Positions 25,718-37,212 of a DNA stretch of 64,000 bases are shown piece by piece (the first letter of the stretch is position 1; every line of letters starts with the position of its first letter). The stretch comes from Eledone cirrhosa. Its lineage: Eukaryota. A model generated the notes under the pieces. It was given only the letters and a program-made list of their open reading frames with translations, ran no database searches and was not told where the DNA came from. The position numbers and the translations under genes were made by a program. The DNA lies in assembly GCA_964016885.1 (NCBI GenBank), contig OZ024741.1, positions 174,778,001 to 174,842,000 of the forward strand, given 5' to 3'.

Positions 25718-26061
25718 TAGATAGGGATTGTGAAAATCTTGTTGATCTCCCTCTCTATATATATTGTAGTGTAATTTATGTAAAAGTTACAACTTTTCAT
25801 TTCAATGTGAGTTTAGGTTAGTTCAATCATTGGTTGTAATGTTTGCAGTTGGTGTTTTGTTTAAATAACAGTTAAGGCTGTTGTAACTAAATATATTGAT
25901 TTCCAGGGTTCATTGACTTCTATAGAGCAGTGGTTTAATTTCTTTTGAATATGTATTGGCACAGAGAGGGGGAAGGGAGTTGGAGGGAGAGAGTGAAAGA
26001 GAAAATTCATAGGGAAAAAGTGGGGAGCAACAGACATTGAGAGAGAGAGAGAGATAGAGAG

Positions 26062-26095
<34 letters not shown>

Positions 26096-26830
26096 AGTGG
26101 TGTGTGTGTGTGTGTAGAGAGAGAGTGTGTGTGTAGAGAGAGAAGCAGTTATTGGTGTTGGCAAAAGCTTAAAACATTAATGTACCATGCACATGCACAT
26201 ACACAAGCACAAATACACACGCTGTTGATTATAATAACTTCATCCAATAGAGCTTTCCAAAAATTAATTTCCTGGATTCACTAATTCAAAAGTTACTCAA
26301 TGAAATAATTACAAATGAACTTGTGTGTGTGTGTCTCTCTGAAGTTGTAGTGTGTGTGAGTGTGTCTATGAAATTGTAGTGTGTTCTGTGTGTATGTGTA
26401 TGAACTTGTCTGCTCAAATATATTTTTACCTGCTTCATTGTTGAGCTGAGTTCCATTTATCAAACATTTGCATACATTGCATATATCTTCAACTTAATGA
26501 TTCAGGTATAATGATGATGACAATAATAATAATAATGTTTCTACTTTTGGCACAAGGCCAGCAATTACCCCAGTGCATTACTGGTACTTTATTTTATCTA
26601 CCCCATAAGGATGAAATGCAAAGTTAACCTAGCAGGATTTGAACCCAGAACGTAAAGGGCCATACCTTCTATGCTGCAAAACATGGTATATGACATTCTA
26701 CCAATACTGCCAAACCACCAATAATAATAATAAAAATAATAGTCAGAGAGAAAGAATCAGAGGGACTGTTATTGGCATTGACAGAGAGATAGGGAAAGAG
26801 GTGTAGAGAGAAAGATAGTAATATATATAT

Positions 26831-28245
26831 ATGAAAGTGGCAGAAAGGATATTAGCGAAACAAATTAGAGAAAGGGTCAAACTAGATGAGATGCAGTTTG
26901 GTTTTGTGCTTGGGAAAAGTACAACAGATGCCCTCTTCTTAGTGAGATAACTACAAGAAAGGTTTTTAGAGAAGAATAAACCACTATACTTAGCTTTTAT
27001 TGACCTATAGAAGGACTTTGATAGGGTACCCCGATCTGTCATCTGGTGGTCCCTAAGGAAACTAGGTGTTGAGGATGACTTGTGAGGACAGTGCAAGCTT
27101 TGTAAAGAGGTGCTGTCAGTAAAGTGAGAGTAGGTATGGAGTTTAGTGATGAATTCCAGATACAAGTAGGAGTACATCAGGGTTCTGTCCTCAGCCTGCT
27201 CTTGTTCATTATAGTCCTCCAAGCCATAACAGAGGAGTTTAAGACTGGCTGCCCATGGGAACTTCTCTATGCTGATGATCTGGTTCTTATAGCAGAATCA
27301 GTAGAGGAGCTAGAGAATAAATTCTGGCTATGGAAACAGCAGTTGGAATTAAAAAGACTGAGTGTTGATGAGTAGAAAAGAGGACAAAACTGATTCCGTC
27401 AGGGAAATGGCCATGTTCGATATGCAGAAAAGGAACTGGCATAAATTCTATAAAATGTACACAATGCAGATCTTGTGTACACAAGAGATGTAGTGGGATA
27501 GCAGGCAAACTAACAGGTAGGGAAAAAAATATGTATGCAGTAGATGTACAGGGAAATTTGACAGTAGAAGTCACATTGATAGATACATTTTTCAAATGCA
27601 GGTGGGTTCTATAGAAGTGGTTGATAGCTTCCGGTACCTAGGTGATCAGATTAGCATGGGAAGGGGGGGGGTGTTCTGAGTCCATAGTATCTAGAATAAG
27701 GACGGGTTGAAAGAAGTTTAGGGAGCTGCTTCCTCTGCTGACAAAGAAGGGTTTCTCCCTGCGTACGAATGGCCAGTTATACGATGCCTATGTGAGGTGC
27801 GCGATGCTGCATGGTAGTGAGACATGGGCAGCAACTGCAGAGGATATGTGACGACTGGAGAGAAATGAGGCAAGCATGCTCCGTTGGATGTGCAATGACA
27901 ATGTGCGTGAACGACCGGGCATGGATGTGTTGAGAGAGACACTGTGTTTAAGAGGGATAAGTGGTAGTGTGCGGGAGAGAAGACTGCGATGGTATGGACA
28001 TGTGATGCGCATGGAGGATGACTGCTGGGTAAAGAAGTGCCAAGAAATACCAGCAGAAGGAAGACGCAGTAGAGGAAACCACAAAAAACAAGGGCGGAGG
28101 TGGTGAGAGCTGACCTCAGATCACTGAAGCTCACGGTGGAGATGACGAAGGACCGTGACAAATGGAGAGATGCTGTGCTGAATAGGACCTGTCCAACCCT
28201 TGCAAGCAGGGAAAAGCAGACGTAAAATGATGATGATGATGATGA

Positions 28246-28249
<4 letters not shown>
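26831..28249 (+). pseudogene. Decayed 5'-truncated RTE LINE (second subfamily) with RT and PHD remnants
   Basis: Collinear with the 6611 ORF (MKVAER...QFGF...GVHQGSVLS...LLYADD...RRLRWYGHVMRM) but with stops and frameshifts. Short 3' UTR and (TGA)n tail; both ends abut (TA)n. Confidence 0.9.
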
Positions 28250-28303
<54 letters not shown>

Positions 28304-28414
28304 TGACAGATATAGAAAAGGGGAGAGTGAAAATGAGAAAGACAGATGATGATGATGATGGTGATGAGAGAATCAGAGAGACTGTTATTGGCATTGACAG
28401 AGAGATAAGCAAAG

Positions 28415-28684
28415 AAGCACCCAGCCACAGTGTAAAGTAGATATGTAAAAGACACAACAAAAAGCACCCGTCCACACTGTAAAGTGGACAAGTAAAAGAC
28501 ACGGCAAAAAGCACCCAGCCCACACTGTAAATGTGATTGGCGTTAGGAAGGGCATCCAGCTGTAGAAAACCAGACAGAAACACCCCTATTTGTGTCGGGT
28601 GACCGTGTCACCCGACACAATTTGCCTCAAAATAGGACCTGTCTAACCCATGCTAGCGTGGATGATGGATGTTAATCAATGATG

Positions 28685-28686
<2 letters not shown>
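28415..28686 (+). mobile_element. RTE-type/SINE 3' tail module with three tandem stem-loop units
   Basis: aaaagcaccc..ccacactgtaaa(g)tgg three times, then ggaagggcatccagctgtagaaa, cccatgctagcgtgga and (TGA)n. Confidence 0.7.
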
Positions 28687-28717
<31 letters not shown>

Positions 28718-28757
28718 CGTATGTATGCGTGTATATGTGTGTATATATGTATGATTA

Positions 28758-28789
<32 letters not shown>

Positions 28790-29093
28790 CATACATGTGT
28801 GTGTGTGTGTTTGTGTATTTGTGTGTATGTGTATGTATGGATATGTGGATATATATGTGTGTATGTACGTATATGTACATGTATGTGTATTTGTACGTGT
28901 ATATATATGTGTATGTGTGTATCTGATTAGTGCTATCGTTGCTCTGGTATAACATATTGTGTGTTAGTTTAGCCTACCACAATGTTCGATTTGTCAAGCT
29001 TTTTAAACGTATGTTATTACTCTGAGGATCTATCTTATCGAGTGCTTTGCTAACTCATCATTTCATATAAGTAGGCCGAATTCACTTGCAAAC

Positions 29094-29378
29094 CGCCAGA
29101 GATTCGATTTTACTGATTTCCTATTATATGTATATATATATATATATGTATATGTATATATGTGTGTGTATGTATATGTGTGTGTGTGTGTGTGTGCATG
29201 TGTGTTTATCTACTTTTATACTTATTCTTTTTCCTTTCGCCAGAGATTCGATTTTACTGATTTCCTATTATATGTATATATATATATATGTATATGTATA
29301 TATGTGTGTGTATGTATATGTGTGTGTGTGTGTGTGCATGTGTGTTTATCTACTTTTATACTTATTCTTTTTCCTTTC
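29094..29378. repeat. Near-perfect ~143-bp tandem duplication
   Basis: cgccagagattcgattttactg...cttattctttttcctttc at 29094-29237 and 29238-29378, differing only in TA run length. Confidence 0.9.
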
Positions 29379-29545
29379 CTTCTTCCTTTTCCAGCCTCAC
29401 TTTAATATAGATTATATTTTTGTTTTTAAAATCCACTGTCAATAAATACACCAGGATTTTTTCATTCTGATGATTGAAAGCAAATTTTGTTTGCTTTCAA
29501 GAAACCACTGGTAAATGAAATAATTATCTTATGTTGTTTATTACA

Positions 29546-29617
<72 letters not shown>

Positions 29618-31331
29618 CAGATAGAGAGAGAGGGTGGGTGAAAATGAAAAAGACAGATGATGATTATGATAATAATAATTTGTTTTATGATAATAACAAT
29701 AATAATCTGTGGTGTTTCAGTTCTATCTATTAATTCTAAAAGAATAATGGAAAATTGTAATAGGTGCAATTTTATATCATTGTAAAAGTAATGATACAAA
29801 TAAAATGATATGAAAGTGAGGTTATCTGAAATGTAATTAAATATTTTCATTTAACAGTAACTAAATATATTGTAGAGAGATTGAGAGTGAGAGTGATAGA
29901 AGAATGTGCATGGGAGAGAGGGAGAGAGAGAGAAAAGGAGGAAAAAGAACAAGAGAAAAAGAGAGATGGAAAGAGTGAGAGAAAGATAAGGAGACGGAGA
30001 GAGAGAGGGGGGGATACATAAAGTGTAAATATTATCAATGTGTGCACTAGAGAAACAGGATATGTACTTGGACAAAAAAAAAAAAGAGGGGGCGACTAAA
30101 AAATAACAAAACTTGCCATTATATTATTAAAATGACCCACGAATTGACTGCTTACTGAGTAGTAGTAATAGCAGCAGTAGTAGTAGAGTGAAGTAGTGGG
30201 GATATTGAAGCAGTTCCTTTTTTGTCTGATCCAATTAGTAAAAAAACTGAATATCTTTAGGAAAGGGAAAGTTCTGATTCTTATTGTCTTTCCCCAAGGG
30301 CATTTGGATTAATGCGTCAGATACCTCGGAAATAGGTGGGCCATTGAAGTATTCTTTGCAAACCTTGGACCTTTTAAAATTCATAGGAAACTAGTAAATC
30401 TGTTGACAAGAATGGGACTTTCTCTGTGAGAGAAGGGGTTTCTAAAATGGCCACTGAAACTATCCAGAGGATTGATTAAACTTTTGGGACAAAATCTGAC
30501 ATTTGCATAAGAAATGAAAATACATAAAATAATGGTTTCTGATTTAGGCACAAGGCCAACAATTTTGGGGGAGGGAAAGTTGATTAAATTGTTCCCAGTG
30601 CATTACTGGTTTTTTAGGCAAAGCTAACCTCAGCGGGATTTGAACCCAGAATGTAAAGGGCTGTAACTATATGCCACAAAGCATATTGGCCAATGCACTA
30701 CCAATACTGCCAACCCACCACCCTGAAAACACATAAATCAATACAATAAAATAAAACCTGCTTATACAGGTTTCTGATTTATATATAATTAATTAGATTC
30801 TGTATATGTATTTTCTCATCCATTTTTGTGCATGCCTGTGATCAATAAGGGGTCAAGGATTCCATAAAGGGCTTTTGTTGATGTTCTAAAATGTTTAGGG
30901 GCACCTGGTCAGGACAGTGAACCTTACACAATAAGAACCACTTCTAATATTTAACAACAGTTACTATGTTTTTACTATGGACATACAGTCCATATTTAGA
31001 ACTTAGAACATATGGTCTTAATTTTAAAAAGTGTAGTAGGTTTACTGACAGAGATTTGGCTGCTACAGTGAACACATTGAGCAACTCTATAGAAACTACT
31101 GATGTCTCTTGAGGCATATATAGTGAAGATTTGTGGTGAATAAGAAGAATCACCCATTGTAGATACAAGGATAGTGTTTCATAACTAAACAAGTGATTAA
31201 TATAAAGTAGTCCCTGGGGATCTACCGATGTATTCTTTATATAAGAATAGCATGGTTATCTTCACTGTTGATGGATCAGTACAACCATTACACTTACACA
31301 CACATCTATATGTATAATCATCATAATTGAT

Positions 31332-31451
<120 letters not shown>

Positions 31452-32305
31452 TAGATAGGTAGATATACACACACACATGTGTATATATATATATATAGAC
31501 TGCATCTCACTGGAACTGGATTTGTTTTCATAAAATAAAATCTTTGTCATTGTTGCTATGTAACGATGGTATTTTATCTATTTCCCACAGCTGATATATA
31601 AATAACATCAGTTTTGTATCAATATTATTTACCAAGAATAAACTTTTATGAGATTTCAATTGCTGTATTACATATATAACTAGCAGAATTAGAGCAGAGC
31701 TCTTCACACACATACATGGTACTGTAAAGTGGCTGGTACTAGAAGGGCATTCTGCTGTAGAAACCATGCCAAATATGGAACATATGAGCAAGATAAGGTT
31801 GTTTTGACCATGATAACCCACCCAATCCATGCCAGCATGGGAAGCAGACATAAAATGATGATGATATATATATATATATATCACCATCAGTTTTACGTTC
31901 ACTTTTCCATGCTTTGAGAATGTTTTACACCTAGATGCCTCTTACTGAACATAGGGATACAATGTATCGATTCTAAAAACAGGCGCACACACACACAGTG
32001 TTTGAGACTGTGTAGTTTCTAAAAGTGGACATTACATTTTGGCCAGGACCATATTTTCTGTCTTGAATCTAACACCATATGATAAAACAGAAAATGTGTT
32101 TTATAATTATAGATTGTTGTTTCTGTTGCCTTATGCCTTGGTGAAACTGCTATGAATGAACAACATTGAAGAACAAGGTCACACATGAGTTATGACGTTT
32201 GACTTGTGTAGGTAAATAGATGTGTGTAGAAACCAATTGTCACATTGGTTGTATCTCTATGTATCATTATCTACTTGTCTTTGTTATCATTATTGGCCTG
32301 CATGT

Positions 32306-32437
<132 letters not shown>

Positions 32438-33200
32438 ATTTGTGTGTATGCACATGTGTGAATATGTACGTATGAGTTTGTGTGTATGTGTGCATTAATG
32501 TATGTACATGTACACTTATGTGTGTAACTGGATGTTTGTGTATACATGTGTTATTAAATGCTGTAACACATGCTTATTAAATGCTGCAACACATGCTTAT
32601 CTGTTTCTATAAATATAGATTTCTATCTATCTATGGGAACAAATCTCATTATTGTATCTAGACCAGAGGTTACAAAAGCTTTTACATTGGTAACACACTT
32701 TTTAATAATTGTTTCTACTTTTGGCACAAGGCCAGCAATTATCCCAGTCCATTACTGGTACTTTATTTTATCGACCGCATAAGGATGAAAGGTAAAGTTA
32801 ACTTTGGTGAGATTTGAACTGAAAATGTAAAGGGCCATAACTCTATGCTACAAAGCATGGTGTCTGATGTGACACATTAATTAAACAATTGATATCACCA
32901 GTTACATGTCTTATTATAAACAGTTATTATCATCATCATCATTTTATATCCAGCCATGGGTTGGATGAATTGTCATGGTTTGAGGTTGGATGCACTGGAG
33001 ATCCTCATCTTGCTAATAGTATTATTTTTGGTATTGTTTTTATGGCTCGATGCTCTTTCTTATGCCAATCACTTTATATAGTGGTAATAGGTGCTTTTTA
33101 TCATGGCACCAGCACTACCATATTACATATCCCCAAATATACTTCATAAGAAATGATCAGATTTGACTTCATTTCACAAAGAACCTAGAACATGCTAAAA

Positions 33201-33352
33201 TGTTACAACACACTTTGGCAAGCTCTAATCTAGAGAGTATTGGTGACACACTAAAGTGTCACAACACACTTTGGTAAGCTCTGATCTAGATCTTATTGAT
33301 GACACAGTTAAGTGTCACAACACAGTTGGCAAACTCCGATCTAGATCTTATC
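33201..33352. repeat. 56-bp minisatellite, about 3 copies
   Basis: tgtcacaacacactttggcaagctctgatctagatcttattggtgacac... starting at 33201, 33257 and 33313. Confidence 0.8.
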
Positions 33353-33488
33353 AGCTGCCTACTATTGTAATCAACTAATGCAGTAATTTACCATTGGAAT
33401 GTCCATACAAGGCCAAAAGAGACAATCCTGCACCATTCAAACTTCAACATATCTACAAAGGAATAAATAATATCCTGCATAACATAAA

Positions 33489-33712
33489 TTAACTCTTAAC
33501 ATCTTATAGCACATCAAAACACATTAGCAAGACATTTTTTAAAAGTACAAAACAGCACTATGATTGCATCACACAGAAAATTATAGCCTTTACCCAAATA
33601 CTGCAAATTTTCACAACAATCTGTCTACTAGTAAGGATTCTATAAATATTTGAATTGACAAACCTATTTTTAGATATTTTATGGTAAACCATTAGAAGAT
33701 GTGAAGAGTTAA
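33489..33712. mobile_element. TTAA-flanked MITE (family P2); second copy at 41236-41444
   Basis: ttaa|ctcttaacatctt ... aagatgtgaagag|ttaa. Internal cacattagcaagacatt...cactatga.tgcatc...tactgcaa.ttttcacaacaa is shared with 41236-41444. Confidence 0.65.
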
Positions 33713-33861
33713 AATACAACATTACAATGAGCAGTTTTTTGACAGAGTTATTACAGCATAGGAAAAAATGCCTTGCTGTATTTGTTTCACTTCACTGAGT
33801 CCTGAATTCAAATACAACCAATATCAATAAATAAATGAGTATGTTTTAATATATGAACATT

Positions 33862-34280
33862 TTAATCCTTTTGTAACCATATTTCTAATGAAATACATGC
33901 TATTTCAATTAATTAATTGTTTCTACTTTAGGCACAAGGCCAGCAATTACCCAGTGCATTACTGGTACTTTATTTTATCGACCCCGTAAGGATGAAAGGC
34001 AAAGTCAACCTCGGCGGGATTTGAACTCAGATCGTAAAGGGACGTAACTATGCTGGAAAGCATGGCGTCCAACCCTCCACCGATACTGCCAATCCACTAA
34101 TGAAAATTTTTAGGCATTTGCTAAAATTATGAATGATTTCATTACTAAGATAGTAGCTTAACAATATGGTTCTTATATAAAATTATGCTGAAAGATTTAA
34201 ATTTTAAAAGTAACCCTTTATAATGAGTGGTTTTGTTTCATAGAGCCAGTTTTTGCCTGGGTTGGTATCAAAAGGGTTAA
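33862..34280. mobile_element. AT-rich TTAA-flanked MITE (family P3) with a young family A SINE nested at about 33914-34098
   Basis: ttaatcctttt...aaaagggttaa termini. The P3 body recurs at about 11047, 16060-16490, 23010-23184, 38935-39155, 43900, 47700-47912 and 49070-49470. Confidence 0.65.
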
Positions 34281-36547
34281 AATGGGCAGTTTTGTATCAT
34301 GGAACCAGTTTCAGGTAGTTTAAATGTTAAAATAATCTCCTTCAACAAAAATTGCATTTTAACAAAACAAAAATAAACTTATTTTTTAAATGGATGATAG
34401 AAAAATGTCAATAGAAAGGTCATCAAATTTTGTTCATTAGATAAAACTTTCAAAACACGTTTTCTCAAGTATAAGTTATCAATTTTCTATGTTTTGTATC
34501 TATTCCTTCATTGGCATTAAAAATAAGTGGATTTTATAAGAAAATAATTTCTGCTAAATATAAATTTAGCAAATCTTTTGATCAATGATAATTTAGGTTT
34601 TAACCTTTTCATTACCATATTTCTAAAAAAAAAAAAAAAAAAACCTAAAAAAACAAACAAAACAAATACATAACTCTGTTCCAAGTCGTTTTGAAAATAA
34701 TCAAGAATTTGGAAGGATTTAATAACATAATTTTTTTTTATATTAAGATGGTGTTTAATACATAACTTAAAGGTTTTCACATCAAATTAAATAAACACTT
34801 TAACCCTTTTTCCAATCATTCTCAAAATAATCAAGAATTTAGAGGGGTTTAAATAGCATAATAAAATTTGTGAATATTAACGGCGTTTAGAGCATAACAT
34901 AAAATTATGATGGAAATTTTTTATATAAATATAAACATTTTAAAACAAACAGTTTTGTATTGTAGAATAAGGGAGAGTTACTGGTGAACTTTATCAAATG
35001 TAAAAAAAAAAAATTGCTAAATTTTGGTCAAAATAATATAAAAAATATTTACTAACATCAGTAAAGTCTATTTATTTTGAAATTATTATTTGGTGATATC
35101 ATATCATCATAAATTAGTCACTCATTTACAGGCTCCAACACTAGTTTGTGACCCTACTAGAGCAACAAGATATATTAACAGAAGAGTGGTATTTATTTAT
35201 TTTTTTTACTGTTTAGTCAGGGAGTGTCCATAGCTCTTTTCAGGGCCTCCAAGATTGATGGGAAGGAGGAAAGGAGCAAGATATCCTTAAATTGGAGATC
35301 TAGTGAATGCTTACAACGGAGTGGATGCAAAGGCCACCAAGAGCCATGTGGTGGTATTAAGCCATACGGCAGATTATGTCTACAGTTCAAGTAGGCCATA
35401 GTGGAATTTGATCTTAGGAAATAAAAAAAAATATAAAAAAGCAGAACAAAAACTGAGAGGATGAAAAGCAAAGTTGATCTGAGCAGGTTCTTAACCCAGA
35501 GCGCAGAGAGTCATAACAAACACTGCAAAGCATTTGACTCTATGTTCTAACAATTCTGCCAATGCTACTCTGGAAAAGTACTTTATTTCATCAGGATGAA
35601 CTCCCGATGGAGTCATAGAGCTGTTGTGTTGACATACAGCATTTCTTGGGCATTTTAAACCTAGCAGAGCCCATCTCTTTCCAGGCCATAGGACAGCAGA
35701 TTTTTGCCAGAGAGAGGAAGAATTTACACCAGTACTAGGAAGGTACTTTCTTTATCCACCTTGAAAGGATGAAAGCCAAAGTGGAACTCAGAGAGCAGAG
35801 AGCCAGAACAAATACCACAAAGGATTCTCTCTGATGTTCTAATGACAGTGCCTGCAACTAAATATCATCTGGCATGTTGTTCTACACTCTAATGACTCTG
35901 CAGAGATGAACTGAGCTGGTTCCGAACATAGTACAAAAAGCGAGAACAAACACTGCAAGGCATATTGTTCTATGCCCTAACAACTTTGCTAATTTATCAT
36001 GGATAATTTATCATGTAATACGAGAAGTAGATATTAACCTTTCAGGTGGAGTGTCCTTTATCTGATATATTAACTCATTCTTCTCTTGTTTATATTTTAT
36101 AAAAAATACTATGACTGATTTGTGGTTAGAGAAAAACCAAAAAAAAAACCAAACAAACTAATAGATAAATCACATAGACTAGTTATTGACTATTTTGTCA
36201 AAAGGTGTATGGATGAAGAATTGCTAAGAGTTTCCAGTGGGAGGAAGAAAAGTGCTGAGAAAGGATCTCATAATGCTCAACCTCACAGAGGAGATAATGA
36301 AGGAATGCTGTAGGTGAAGGAAAGCTGAGTTAGAAAAGGTCCATGCAACTCATGCAAGCATGGAAAAACAAACACAGAAGGATTATGGATGATGATGTTG
36401 CTATTAGGAAAATTAGGAAGACGTTATGAAGTAAGAGTTGAATATTCTGGGCCTTATAGCTTTCATGACAACAGACTTCTTTAATCATATGATGGGGTAT
36501 GAATGTAAAAATGATGAAGGTACAAAAATGTAGAAATATGAAAGCAT

Positions 36548-37212
36548 TCATCATCATCATCACCGTTTAACATCAATTTTCCCATGCTAGCATGGGTTAG
36601 ATAGGTTGTCCCGTTTGAGGTAAGTTGGGTCAGGTGACCATGTCTTGCTCACACACAACTGTTTCTGGCTTGGTTTCTATAGCTGGATGCCCTTCCTAAT
36701 GCCAACCACATTTACAGTGTGTGATGGGTGCTTTTTGCCATGTCACCATCACAACCACTTTATAGTGTGAGCTGGAGGCTTCACTAGATGTACGCTATAG
36801 CTTGTCCTCATGAAAGATGTATGGGAGGTGGGTGGGGGTGGTGCATACTATACATATGTATACTTCAGCTTCAGCTTGTGCCCATGGGAAGGCAGGTCTT
36901 CTGTATTACTGCATAATGCCAGAGATCCTGGTCCTGTGTCATCGTCATTGAGAAGTGCAATTGTGCAAGGTCAGCGTTTATCACTTCATACCAAGTCTTC
37001 CTGTGTTTCCCCACTCTAAGGGTTCCATCGACTTTGAGCACTCTGCACCTTTTTATACAGCTGTCATCCTTCATACGCATCACATGTCCATACCAACGCA
37101 ATCTCCTCTCCTGCACACTGCATCCGATTCCTCTATGCCTAGTTTCTCTCTCAGTTCGTTTATGCTTTGCCATTCATGTAAATTACTATTACACATCCAT
37201 CAGAGCATGTAG
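36548..37212 (-). mobile_element. 5'-truncated, decayed RTE LINE 3' end
   Basis: RRLRWYGHVMRMKDDSCIKRCRVLKVDG...RKTWYEVINADL, then the 3' UTR module and (TGA)n tail. Confidence 0.85.

Noticed and set aside
35217-35410. Possible exon of a plus-strand nested gene
   Set aside because: The translation (RASKIDGK...W) looks like a decayed RTE C-terminus and no partner exons were found.
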